From Selaginella moellendorffii (Eukaryota; Plantae; Lycopodiophyta), in contig NW_003314274.1 in assembly GCF_000143415.4 (NCBI RefSeq), positions 624,806 to 688,805 on the forward strand: a DNA stretch of 64,000 bases, written 5' to 3'. This document shows, in pieces, positions 37,391-48,834 of this stretch. The notes beneath the pieces are model-generated. The model did no database searches, was not told the DNA's origin, and saw nothing but the letters and a program-made list of their open reading frames with translations. The position numbers and the translations under genes were made by a program. The stretch's first letter is position 1; each line of letters begins with the position of its first letter.

Positions 37391-39255
37391 ATGGTGTGGT
37401 GGTGTGAATAAATTACCATTAAATTTACTAATTTAATGGTGGGTGTGAAAGCCCTCTAACTCTTAAATGGTATTTAGGTTTTAGATTTTAGAATTTCAAC
37501 ACTATGCTATAATTATAATTTTTATAGCCTAAACTGCTAAATAGCATGTTTAACCAATAACTATCCATGCCTTTTCTTCTTTCTGTTTATTTTATGAATT
37601 TATTTCTAAAGAAATGCCTAATGCATGCTAAATATCTCTAAAAAAAATTAAATGTTGGTATTTATGCTTTATCAAAGCTTAATGAAATTGAAATTTTTAA
37701 AGATTCTCTGATAGCAACTTGTTATCAAGGAATTTTGAAAAATATGTAACTGCATCAAATTCAAATCAAAATTATATCTACAATTTTTTTTTCAAATGGC
37801 ATATTTCTGTATATCATTAGCAATTACCAATTATTTATAATACATTTTACCCTTTCAACTTCTCTTTTATCCCTTTATGTTAGCTTGTTAAGTTGCAGGT
37901 GGGAGTTGAGGCGCCAAGCCCCCTATATGCACATTAAACAAGCAATTCACTGTAGTATCAAATATATATATTTGCATACTGCAGACCTCTAGAGTTTCTG
38001 TTTCATGGCTTGTCCATGCTTGGCTTACTCCAGTAATTTTAATTGATGTAAAGTAAGCTTGTTCATTGTTGTATCATGATAAGTCCAACTTTATGCTCCT
38101 AGCCGTCTTGTTCTTAGATTCAAAATAGCAAATAAATTACAATGTAATTATGAGGTATAAATTCAGATGTGTTAGTAAAACCTTCTCAGTTTGTCTACCG
38201 CCTACACAAACAGAGCTATCTTTGATTCATGCGTGTTGCTACTAGTGAATACTGCAAGCAACAAACAGTTCGCAAAGTGTTGATGTAGACTATCTGCAAG
38301 CTTCAAGACAGATCTGCGTCAGCAATTTTAAACAAGCAGTGCAGCAGAGTTGATTTCTGAACCACCATCTGGGCCAGATGGCTGTTAACGTGTCCTGTCC
38401 GTGCAATCAGGAGCGTCCACTTCGAAGGAGGGCGGCATTCACATGTTTTCATATGATCACTTTCTTTGTCAATTTCTACGTTGAGATTGCACCATCAAAG
38501 CATAGTCACCTAAACATCCATTTCTTTCGACCTTTCCATGTCACTCTTGTGTACACGAGCTCGTTCGTACTCAGTATTTTTATGTTTTATATTTTGAAAA
38601 GCCACCGTTGTTCTGATTGTCGCGTCACGAGTGCCAGTTTGAAGGACGCAACATCAACACCTTGGTGGCACAAGTGACTCGTGGCAATATGACAAAAAGT
38701 ACACATTAGCTGCCACCGCCCTAGCTCAGCCTGCAGAAAACAAAGAAGTACTCAAGGGAAGGGTTACAGGTTTTCCAAATTTTGTTTTGTTGTGAGCTTG
38801 TTTCCTAGCGATAAGGTGCATAAACAGTAAAAGGAATGTCCGTACAATCGGCTAATCAAGTGAACTCGAATTAATTTCTATGTAAACTCTCTTATTTAAA
38901 AAGACCTTCTGGACCACCGCGTAAACTCGAAGACAAGACTGTGAAAATCACTACCAGTGGTACGAAAGGCTCTTGCTGAAAATGCGTACGTGCTCAAACC
39001 AGCTGGCTTTGTGAGCATACCCAAGATCATATTCGCTCAGAAGTACCTGAATGATATGTCCAGGAAATTGGAGTTATAGATGAGCTGTCATATTTTTGCT
39101 CAGATATTAAAATGTTTTTAGCATTATCGATGATCATAATCAGCATGTATGCTTATAAGGTTGCCTTTGTTTGCTCTTATATGCAGGGTAACGAGTAGTT
39201 ATAGCTATTGCATGCAAAAGTGTCTAGAATCTAGTGTGTATTTGCTGTAGTAGCT

Positions 39256-41120
39256 ATGGCTTCTGTTCTTCGACAGATGACTATGGGCGAAGCTAGCTTC
39301 CTTTCGCTGCTGACAGACTTCATCGGCAAGACGGAGAAGCTTCAAAACAATCCTCCAAATCTGATACCACAGGAATCGCTTGTTGTGACTAAGGTGCTTG
39401 AAGTGCTGGGACCTTATAGCATCGACAATGGTGGACCTTTGCTCCTCAAACCAATCTATTTTCAAGGCCTTCAAAATAGGAAGAACCTCATTGTCACATA
39501 TCCTGGTGAAGAGCAAGATAGAATAGTCTCCATTGTTGGCTGTCATATGGACGTGGTAGTGGCTGATCCGACCAAATGGGTAACTACTGCTCTTGCCTCT
39601 TGCAAATTGAGCTGATTACTATCTGATAGCTGTTTTGTTTTCTTCAGGAACATTCGCCGTTTAAGTTAACCCAGCTTGAAGATGGTGATACGCTCTATGG
39701 ACGAGGCACTACAGATTGCCTCGGACATGTTGCATTAGTGACGCAGCTGTTGAAGCAGATGGCAGAAGCAAAGTTGAGGCTCAAAACAACTGTGGCAGCT
39801 GTGTTCATTGCAAACGAAGAGAATGCCACAGTCCTGGGCATTGGGGCTGATGCACTGATGGATGCACATGAACTCGATTTCCTCAAAAATGGTCCTTTGT
39901 AAGTTCGAGGCTCTAGCCAATTGATTGAGCTTGCATACATGGTATTTTCGTTTTGTTTCTGCAGATATTGGATGGATTCCTCCGACAAACAGCCTTGCAT
40001 TGGAACCGGTGGAATGCTTGCTTGGCATCTCACAGCTCATGGAAAACTTTCCCACAGTGGTCTACCAAAGCAGGTACATTTGTACAGTACAGGAAAGTAA
40101 TCCTCACCGTATCTAAAGCTCTTGGCAATGTGTTGCAGGGAATCAATGCAATTGAGCTTGCTTCTGAGGGACTGAAAGAAATTCAGGATCGTTTCTATAA
40201 CGATTTTCCAAAGGTTGTTCCAGATGAAGATAACTACAAGTTCGACACCCCCTCAACAATGAAGCCTACACAATGGACATGTAAGCATTGACAGCAAGCA
40301 GATTGTGGACTCTTAAGCTTGTTAAATTCTTCTTTGCAAGAAGACCCCGGGAGTGCAATTAATCAAATCCCAGACACTTGCACCATTTCTGGAGATTGCA
40401 GGTATTTGATTGAATTTTGGATTTCGAATTAAAATATGTTGCTCCTCGCATTGTGAATTATGTTGCAGGATAACGCCTTTCTACAAGTACTCTATCTTGA
40501 GATCTAGAACCCTTTGCTGAAACGTGTGCGCAGGGTGGACGAAGTTGAAAAGAAACTCGTGCAGTACGTGGACTATATAAACCAAAACATAGAAAAACTG
40601 GAGACTCGTGGACCGGCGTCTAAATATGTGTTACCGGATGGCACCAGAGGAAAGTAAGGAGCATAGAAATGTTGCTAAAGCCTCCCTTGAGTTTCCATTT
40701 TCCAGATTGGAGATAACATTTGATGCGGAAAAGATGCAAGGCATTGCCTGTCACATGGACTCAAAGGGATATAAAGCCTTAGCTAAAGCCACTGAGGAGG
40801 TTCTGGGACATGTTGAGCCGTTCTCAATTACTGGATCACTTCCAATCGTTGGTGATCTGCAGGTACCTTTCATTTGTTCTATTTCTATCCTACTGAGAGC
40901 AAGTTCAATTATCACCAGGACCAAGGATATGACGTGCAAACCATAGGCTATGGTAAAATGACATTATCTCTTTATTGAAGTGCTAATATTTATTTAAGTG
41001 AATGATGCAGGTTTAACATCAGCATATCATGCAGACAACGAGATTTGCCTGCTGTCGGACATGTCCCAAGGCTTCAAAATCTTTGCCATATTGATAGCAG
41101 ACTTGGATAATTCATTATAA
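39256..41120 (+). CDS. NAOD: Acetylornithine deacetylase (M20 peptidase family), multi-exon
   Basis: GCHMDVVVA, LYGRGTTDCLGHVAL, FIANEEN, WMDSSDKQPCIGTGG, GKLSHSGLP, TPSTMKPTQW, SITGSLP and YHADNE; stop TAA at 41118-41120. Confidence 0.92.
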
Positions 41121-41632
41121 GAAAGATGATGCAGTTCAAATACGTTCTAATCAATGCACTTCAACTTGACCGACGCTTGAGTGATCAGGAGGCCGGTCAA
41201 AGACTGCAAGCCAAGTGATTGGCCCCTTTGAGTCAGTTGTATTTGCTGTTATATTGTTCGTACTTGATATTATATATTGAATGTGAAAAGTATTTTATTA
41301 TAATTTTGAAATAATTTTCTAGATGAAAACACTAAAGCGGAGAAGTATTTGGATGGGATGGCCTAGCGGCACGTGAAGCTCACACCCGTGGTGCTTTGGC
41401 TCGTTCCAAGCACTAGCGATTTAAATTGAAGCATTCGGGAGAAATGTCTCCTCGCGTCCCTGTTTGTCAGGGATTTAGGTGAGGAAAAGATTGAAATGGG
41501 ACTCTAAGAGCCAAGTAATGAAAGTCAATAAAACTGACAGTCTTCAAAAGCTCCATGCTCAATAATCCTGATCCAAATTGCATTCTTACATCCATGATTC
41601 ATAAAAGCACAAATATTTCTCTTGAAATGAAA

Positions 41633-42619
41633 CTACGCCAACCTTTGTCTCTTATTGGTACCGGAATCGGATAGACATTTGAAGAACCTCTTCCAGCCAA
41701 CGTAAACTCCCTCGATGATAAGTGCCGTGAGATGCCGAGGCACCTCCAGCTTACACTTTGCGCTTTCCATCGTGACAATCGGTCGGCCATCTCCATCCAA
41801 CTCGATTCCCTGCTGGGATTGCGCCTTGTGGAAACACTCGTAGTAGTAAATCGGACTGATATATGGTGGAAGACCGTAATCAACGTCGCGATCCACGAAC
41901 AAAACATTTGGGAAGGGCATCACGCTCCTGAGTAGAACAGCCAGAAGAATCCTCCCACACCTCCCATTACCATCGAGAAAAGGATGTATGTTCTCAAACT
42001 CGAGGAAAAATGATCCCCCGAGCTTGAGCACAGCTTCGATCTGCGCCTTGGCCGGTTCCAAGCGAGAAATCTCTGAAAGGGCCGACTTGGTTTTGGTGAA
42101 GAGCTCGTCCAGGGAAGCACGCACCAAAGTTGGCCAGGTAAAGACATGCACGCCAACTTCCGTATTTGTGAACACGACTTCCTTCTCTAAGCCCCGAATC
42201 CGGCCCGCGATCTCTGCATTTGTTGAAGCGAGCAATTCGGCGTGGCACTTCTCCAGTTCTTGGATGGAAAACTCGGGCTGTGACTGCCCATCATCGACCC
42301 AATAGTGTTTTAAGGCCTTGTAAAGGCAGCGAACGCTTTCCAGCCTCGAATCCTCCTGCTTTTCACGCAATTCTAGAGCACCCTTTTCGATCGCTTGCAC
42401 GGTTTCATCGTAAGTGTCAAAGCCTTCCTTTTCAATCTTGTTAACTTGGAAGAGAAACTCTCCGAGAGCAACTCGTGTGTGTTCCGTCCTAGCAGAAGTC
42501 TTCTCCTCTGGGGAGAGTTTCTCATACCTGGAACAAAAATCCACAATCCTGTCGAGCATCTCGCTGGTGCTCAAATCGCTCCTCCTCCACTTTGGTCTCT
42601 CCTTGACGACGAAATCCAT
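41633..42619 (-). CDS. Fic/Fido-domain protein (putative AMP-transferase), intronless, about 328 aa
   Basis: Complete Fic motif FENIHPFLDGNGRCGRILL (HPFxDGNGRxxR); N-terminal QVNKIEKEG resembles the autoinhibitory helix; basic C-terminus NKRQRLA. Confidence 0.88.
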   Translation of the reverse strand: MDFVVKERPKWRRSDLSTSEMLDRIVDFCSRYEKLSPEEKTSARTEHTRVALGEFLFQVNKIEKEGFDTYDETVQAIEKGALELREKQEDSRLESVRCLYKALKHYWVDDGQSQPEFSIQELEKCHAELLASTNAEIAGRIRGLEKEVVFTNTEVGVHVFTWPTLVRASLDELFTKTKSALSEISRLEPAKAQIEAVLKLGGSFFLEFENIHPFLDGNGRCGRILLAVLLRSVMPFPNVLFVDRDVDYGLPPYISPIYYYECFHKAQSQQGIELDGDGRPIVTMESAKCKLEVPRHLTALIIEGVYVGWKRFFKCLSDSGTNKRQRLA

Positions 42620-42714
42620 CACTGGATACAAAAAACCCTATACTCGACTGCAACAAAACCATTTTTCTAAAAACCTTTTTAGCAGAAAGGGGAGAAAAAA
42701 AAAAACGATGATCG

Positions 42715-43086
42715 TCAGTTCACGCGCTGTACCGCAGAATCGATTTGTTTAACGTGCTCTTGGAGAACATTCCACTGATCCATGGTGAGAGAGATTCCTG
42801 GAATAATCAACAAAGCAACCATTGATCAGTGTACGGGTGTGGAGTTGAAAACCAACCTTTCTTCCCTGGCAAGCACTCGCCTCCTTTGTACCAATACTCT
42901 CGAATGTCTACCAAGACTTGCCCCCTCCATTTGCGCACCGAGACCTTGCGATTCTTTGATATCTACGAGCTCCAAGAGATTAGGGCTACCCCGGATTCGA
43001 TTATCCCATCATACCTCGCACACCGCCACGCTCTCCTCGTCCTCTTTCTCGTCTGCTTTGCTCCCGCGCTTCCTCTTGCTCGCCAT
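42715..43086 (-). CDS. KIWI: PC4/Sub1-family transcriptional coactivator (KIWI-like), 3 exons; absent from the ORF track
   Basis: MASKRKRGSKADEKEDEESVAVCE|ISKNRKVSVRKWRGQVLVDIREYWYKGGECLPGKK G|ISLTMDQWNVLQEHVKQIDSAVQRVN*; GT-AG introns; PC4 signature VDIREY...PGKKGISL. Confidence 0.92.
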
Positions 43087-43169
43087 TACCAAAAAACAAA
43101 AGATTCTTTAGGGCTCTTCCAGATTCGATTATTAATCTTTGTTGATCAAAAGATTGAGAAAAGAAGAGG

Positions 43170-44854
43170 TTAGGGGCATTTTTGCCAGTATCCAGCAACT
43201 TGGCTGGCCGTAAACCTTGACACCATGACTTGATCCCTGGGAGGCATGTTGCAAGGTTGTCCTGCTGTGACATTTCCAAAGTTTTCACCTGGATTCGGCC
43301 GCCATGGCTGGACGCCTTTGGGAACCTCCGGCTTGAACCTTTGCAACTTTGCGTACGCTTGCATGACATGCAGCATGTACGAGTAGACGTGATCCATGGT
43401 TAGCTGCTCCTTGAGAAAGGCTTGCCCGCGTTTTCCAATAGCAGAAGCCTTTGAAGATTTGGAAGAAAAGTTTAGGCAAGGAAAACCAAATGGAAGAATG
43501 AGATTTACCTCAAATGGATGTGCGTTTCCCCAGTCCACAGCATGCTTAATGGATGAACACATGTTTTCTCTGCTGATTGGCCAGTACTCCACATAAGGTA
43601 GCCAGGATCTAGCGAAAAACTCCCAGAAATCGGGCTGAATGTGGAGAATTGTGGAGCCACAAGATATCAAGTATTTGAGGCTAGCTGACCACCCTCGTCC
43701 TTCAGCATAAACCTTGTATCTACGCCACAAATATCAAGAAAAAACACACACAAAGTTTACAATCTTTATCCATCACTTCTCATTTTAAGTCCATTTCATT
43801 ACCGGGTGTGACATTGCTTTGATAGCGACGATGTCTTGAATCCCTCGGCTTCCTCTTTTGCCCAATCCTGGGAATTAAAAAAAAATGTAAGAACTTCATC
43901 ACCATTTGCGTGGATTCTTACCAAATAATAGACGACAACGTTGTATTGCGTGTTGTTGCATTGAAGCAACTCCTCGCGAACCGGTGTCATCACCCAAAGA
44001 TTTCCCTTCCAGTAGGCAATCGCCTCCCTCTCAAACCAATCCGTTTCATTCGCTCCATCGAAAATCTCCACACTTTCTTGCTCCCAGGGACGAATCTTGA
44101 CTTGTGGCCTATGAAAGAAAATTCACAAAGTTTTGGCGATCAAACTCTCGAAAAAACAGCGAAAAGAAGAAGCTCAGGGACGATGGTGCTCGCTTACCAT
44201 CCCCAGAAAGACCAATCTGGGAAGAGTATATCAAAATGCCCCCCGAATCTGGACGTGCAATAGGAGAAGACTGGCGGCGGCGGCTTTGACCGATACTCGT
44301 CCTTGGGAACTTGAGGGAAATCATTGCAAACAAACACCATCTCCATGTCCGGAATCATCCCGGGGAATTTCTCCAGCAGCAAGAGCAATCCTTGGAGAGT
44401 GATCTCGTCCCGGGTCTGGATGCATTCCTGGATCCGCTCAAAGTAGAGCTTACCATCGACGATAACCAGCCGAAAATCGCCTTTTCGCCGGGCCTCGTCC
44501 AGGTGCTCGCGAGTGATCCCACTCTCGCTCCAGGGAGCCAGATCTTCGTGGATCCATGCGAAGTAAGATGGGCAATTGGGCTCCTGCTGCTGGCGATGGA
44601 TCGTCCCCATGTGGTCCTCCTCATGCTCGACTACCGCGAGAGGATCAACTCGTTGGTCCTCCTGGATCACCGGGAAGCATCACCGTGAGTGTAAGATCGA
44701 GACTAAACTTACACTTGCCGATCGATCGACCGATTGGAGCTAGATGGATAATTTACTGTTTGCTTACTCTGAAAAAGAAGAACAGGGAAACGAGGAGTAG
44801 AAACGCCATGGCTGCTCCCAGCACCCTGTTGCGGAAGAGATCTCCATAAAACAT
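43170..44854 (-). CDS. GT90/CAP10-family glycosyltransferase (protein O-glucosyltransferase-like, DUF821)
   Basis: N-terminal TM anchor; CPSYFAWIHEDLAPW, DILFPDWSFWGW, AYWKGN, YKVYAEGRGWSASLKYLISC and MDHVYSYMLHVMQAYAKL. Confidence 0.92.
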
Positions 44855-45066
44855 GGAATCGAGTGAGAGATGGATGGATCGAAGATAGATCGATGGATCG
44901 CTCGATCGAGCTGGACTCCACTCCACTCTCTCTACCAGACCAGAAAGAGAAAAGAAGAATCTTTCCACCGGTATAACGACACGTACTCGAAACCGGTGAC
45001 TTTTTACATTGACTCGTTCAACGGTAGGCTAATGGACGGTCCAATAAACGTGGACCATGGATTCCC

Positions 45067-47187
45067 ATGAATGCCCAAGAATCTTCGCATATGCCAAGAG
45101 CCTGTGGTATATTCCATATGCAAGCTTGTTTTGATGCGAACTTTTGCGCGTCACTGATCAAATCATGCAAGACTCTGGGCGATGTCGAGTCCGCCCACGC
45201 TCGGCTTCTCTCCAATCCACATCTTCTTCCCTCTTCCGGAGTGTTCCTCCTCAATCTCCTCGTCCAAATGTATGCCAAGTGTGGCAGCCTTGCCAAGGCC
45301 GAGGAGGTCTTCGCCTCGATCCCTCACAAGAACACTTACTCGTGGGTTCTCATGCTCTGCGCGTATGCCGACCATGGACGCTTCCATGAGGCCAACGATA
45401 TCTTTGAGAAGATGCCCGAGTGGAACGTTGTGGCCTTCACCGCTATCCTTGACGCAAATACCAAGTCTGGGCATTTGGAGGGTGCTAGAAAGATACTCAA
45501 TGAGATGCCGGAGAGAAATCTCGTGTCATGGACAGCAATGCTGTCGGCTTACGTACAAGCAGGCCAGTTTGAGCAGGCAAAAATTGTATTCCTTGCAATG
45601 CCAGAGTGGGATCTTATGTCAAGAAACGCAATGCTGTCGGCATATGCCAGAAATGGGCATTTGGAAGAGGCCAAGCGACTGTTTGATTCCATGCAGCAGC
45701 GCGACATGGTGACGTGGGCGGCAATGCTGTCGGCCTACACGGAGACAGGGCATCTGGCGGCGGCAAAATATACGTTTGATTCTATGCCGGAGCATAATCT
45801 AGTCTCAAAGACATCGATGGTCGGAGCATATTCCCAGAACGGGCAAATGGAGCTCGCCAAGCAAGTGTTTGATTCAACCCCAGAGCTCGACGTCTTCTCT
45901 TGGAACGCAATGCTCTCGGCCTTTGCAAACAATGGCTACCTCCGGGAGGCTAAAGAATTCCTGGACGAGATTCCGGAATGGAATGTGGTTTCCTGGAACG
46001 CTTTGCTTTCGGCATTTGCTCAAAGGGGTCGCTTAGATCACGCAAGGGATCTCTTCGACTGGATGCCGGAGCGCGATCGCATCTCCTGGTCTTTGATGCT
46101 GGCGGCACTCCTGCAAAGAGGGCTCCTCCGCGAAGCCAGAGCTCTTCTCGATCGGATGCCCGAGTGGAGCGCCATGGTCTGGACGGCGATGCTCACCGCC
46201 TTCTCGGAGCACGGGCATCTAGATCAAGCCAGGAAGATCTTCGACGAGATTCCAGAGAATAATCTCGTATGTTGTACGGCAATGTTGGCGGCGTACGCCG
46301 AGAACTCGCTGCTGGAACACGCCAAGGAGATATTCGATGGCATGGCGGAGAGGAATCTAATCTCCTGGAACGCCATGGTCACGGCATATTCCCAGAACGG
46401 CCACCCTCGCGAGGCCAAGCGGCTCTTCGACTCCATGCCCGCTTGGGACCTCGTCTCGTGGACCGCCCTGTTGACCGCCTACACGCACGGCTTCCACGTG
46501 GACGAGGCCAAGTCCACGTTTGACCGGATGCCGTACAGGGACGTGGTGGCGTGGAACGCGCTGTTGACCGCATACGTGCAGGGCGGCCACGTACGGCAGG
46601 CGCGGAGCCTGTTTGACGCGATGCTCCAGCGCTCGCAAGTGTCGTGGAATCTTATAGTGCACGGATATGCCCAGGCCGGGCATATGCTGGGAGCCCGGGC
46701 TCTCTTTGACGGTATGCCCGAGAGGGAGATCCCGGCGTGGACGGCCACGATTGCGGGATATGCTCAGTCCGGGCATCCCACGGAAGCGCTGGAGCTCTTC
46801 TGCGAGCTACACTTGGAAGGGATCAAAGCGGCAGAGGCGTCGTTCACGTCGGCTTTGATCTCTTGCAGCCATGGCGGGGATTTGCGCTCGGCCTGCCGAT
46901 GGTTTGCGTCGATGAGCTTGGACTTTGGATTGACACCCATGAAGCAGCAGTTCAGCTGCATGGCGGATTTGCTGGGCCGAGCCGGGCATGCCCGAGATGC
47001 CCAAGAGCTCATGGAGACGATGCCTTTCCAGCCCGACTTCCAGGCCTGGCTGTCGCTGCTCGGGGCCTCGTTCCGGGGCCCGGGCGATGCCGAGTGCGGA
47101 GCTCGGGCAGCCGAGGCAGCGGTGGAGCTCAACCCTCACGTCGCTGCTCCATACGTACTCGTCACGAATGCGATGCGCTATTGTTAA
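45067..47187 (+). CDS. PLS-class PPR protein dominated by tandem 31-aa S/SS motifs, with an E domain and no DYW
   Basis: Repeats of the form FD.MPE.N.VSW.AML.AY...G.L.EA; C-terminal FSCMADLLGRAG...MPFQPDFQAWLSLLGA; intronless. Confidence 0.93.
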   Translation: MNAQESSHMPRACGIFHMQACFDANFCASLIKSCKTLGDVESAHARLLSNPHLLPSSGVFLLNLLVQMYAKCGSLAKAEEVFASIPHKNTYSWVLMLCAYADHGRFHEANDIFEKMPEWNVVAFTAILDANTKSGHLEGARKILNEMPERNLVSWTAMLSAYVQAGQFEQAKIVFLAMPEWDLMSRNAMLSAYARNGHLEEAKRLFDSMQQRDMVTWAAMLSAYTETGHLAAAKYTFDSMPEHNLVSKTSMVGAYSQNGQMELAKQVFDSTPELDVFSWNAMLSAFANNGYLREAKEFLDEIPEWNVVSWNALLSAFAQRGRLDHARDLFDWMPERDRISWSLMLAALLQRGLLREARALLDRMPEWSAMVWTAMLTAFSEHGHLDQARKIFDEIPENNLVCCTAMLAAYAENSLLEHAKEIFDGMAERNLISWNAMVTAYSQNGHPREAKRLFDSMPAWDLVSWTALLTAYTHGFHVDEAKSTFDRMPYRDVVAWNALLTAYVQGGHVRQARSLFDAMLQRSQVSWNLIVHGYAQAGHMLGARALFDGMPEREIPAWTATIAGYAQSGHPTEALELFCELHLEGIKAAEASFTSALISCSHGGDLRSACRWFASMSLDFGLTPMKQQFSCMADLLGRAGHARDAQELMETMPFQPDFQAWLSLLGASFRGPGDAECGARAAEAAVELNPHVAAPYVLVTNAMRYC

Positions 47188-47335
47188 ATGCCACACTTCT
47201 CAAGCAACGACAACGGAGGATAGAACTGACCATCTCGCGGAGGGTAATTCCAAAAACTCCGTATGGTTGACAAGCTTTCGTGGAAAACACGTGAGCCTTT
47301 AAGAGAGTCTGCACCATTTGGAAAAAGTTGTGGCT

Positions 47336-48772
47336 ATGGAGGTCCCCGGAAGCTATGGTGTGCCATGGCTGAGTGCTATCAAAGACAAGCTCGACTTCCA
47401 CTACATCCAGGGCGAGGTGGAGTTTTTCAAGAGCCGCGTAAAGAAATACAAGAGCACCGTGCTCAAGGTAAACTTCATCCCCACTCCTCCGGGATTTCCA
47501 AACCCCGCGGGGATCGCCCTCCTCGACCAGAGATCCTTCCCAGTTCTCTTCGACAACTCCAAAGTCGAGAAGCGCGACGTCTTCGTTGGCTCCTACAAGC
47601 CATCCGATGCCTTCACCGGCGGCGTTAGAACGCTGGCGTACCTCGACACCGAGGAGGAGAAGCACGCCCGTCTCAAGGAATTCGTGTTCCAGATCCTCAA
47701 GAGCACCGGCCCGAGGTTCCTGTCCGAGTTTGAGGCCGAGATGGCCAGCGCTCTCGCCGGGGTGGAGGCCGAGATGGAGTCCGGGACGAAGAACTCCATC
47801 GCCGTGAGCTCCAAGCTCCTGGATCTGGCGTTTAACTTCATGGTCAAGGCGGTCACCGGCGGCGCTGACCCATCCAGTCAATTCGGGTCATACGGCCCCC
47901 TGCTAATGCAGCTATGGATTGGCGTCCAATTCGCGCCAATCTCGCCACGCACGCAACTCCCCGCCGTGATCGAGGAGCTCCTCCTCCGCAGCTTTCCACT
48001 GCCGCCACTGATCGTCCGGTGGCCCTACGATCGCATCGCCGGATTCCTCAGCGACAACGCCACCGCGCTGATCGACATGGGCGAGAAGCAATTCGGGCTG
48101 GATCGCGAGGAGGCGCTCCACAATCTCGTGTTCGTGGTGGGCGTGAATGGGTTCCTGGGCTTCTCGCGGATGCTCCCATCGCTGCTGTTCTACGTCGCGT
48201 CGCAGAGCGAGGCGTTCCAGCAGCGGCTGGGCGGGGAGATCCGCGGCGCGATGGGCGACGATGGTAGCGCGCGCAAGTTCATGGCCGCGGTGGAGCGAAT
48301 GCCGCTGCTCAAATCGACCGTGCTGGAGGTGATGAGGATCGCGCCGCCGGTGCTCTACCAGTACGGGCGCGCGCGGCGGGAATTCGTGGTGGAGTCCGGG
48401 GATGGGAGGGAGTTTCTCATCCGCAAGGGCGAGTTGCTGGGCGGATCGCAGGCGCTGGTGTGCCGGGATCCCACAGTCTTCGATTCGCCGGACGAGTTTG
48501 TCCCGGATCGCTTCCTCGGGGCCCAAGGCCGCGAGCTGGAGCGCTGTGTGTTTTGGTCCAATGGCCGCAACACGGACTCTACGAGCTCTGCCAACAAGCA
48601 GTGTGGAGCGAAGGATTTCGTGGAGACAATCGGGCGTTTGTTCGTCGCGCAGCTCTACTTGCGGTACGAAAGCATCGAGCTGGGCCCGGATTCCAAGCCC
48701 GACTCGCCCGTGATCAAATCGCTAAGAAAGATCTCCGTGGCAACTAGAACTGGCAACAAAGTAAGTGCCTAG
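47336..48772 (+). CDS. CYP74: CYP74 cytochrome P450 (AOS/HPL/DES/EAS clan), intronless
   Basis: VPGSYGVPW, LAYLDTEEEKHARLK, EALHNLVF, KSTVLEVMRIAPPV..QYGRAR, FVPDRF and WSNG...NKQCGAKD (heme Cys). Confidence 0.95.
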   Translation: MEVPGSYGVPWLSAIKDKLDFHYIQGEVEFFKSRVKKYKSTVLKVNFIPTPPGFPNPAGIALLDQRSFPVLFDNSKVEKRDVFVGSYKPSDAFTGGVRTLAYLDTEEEKHARLKEFVFQILKSTGPRFLSEFEAEMASALAGVEAEMESGTKNSIAVSSKLLDLAFNFMVKAVTGGADPSSQFGSYGPLLMQLWIGVQFAPISPRTQLPAVIEELLLRSFPLPPLIVRWPYDRIAGFLSDNATALIDMGEKQFGLDREEALHNLVFVVGVNGFLGFSRMLPSLLFYVASQSEAFQQRLGGEIRGAMGDDGSARKFMAAVERMPLLKSTVLEVMRIAPPVLYQYGRARREFVVESGDGREFLIRKGELLGGSQALVCRDPTVFDSPDEFVPDRFLGAQGRELERCVFWSNGRNTDSTSSANKQCGAKDFVETIGRLFVAQLYLRYESIELGPDSKPDSPVIKSLRKISVATRTGNKVSA

Positions 48773-48834
48773 CTCCAAGCTGGAGTGTATAAGCTCTTCG
48801 ATTGATTGATAGCTCATAACTTACTCCTGGTTCT

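Noticed and set aside
37900-39200. Possible gene or ncRNA upstream of NAOD
   Set aside because: No recognisable protein motif, tRNA/snRNA fold or long miRNA-type hairpin.
45144-48747. Many alternative-frame and antisense ORFs over the PPR and CYP74 genes
   Set aside because: By-products of GC-rich coding sequence.
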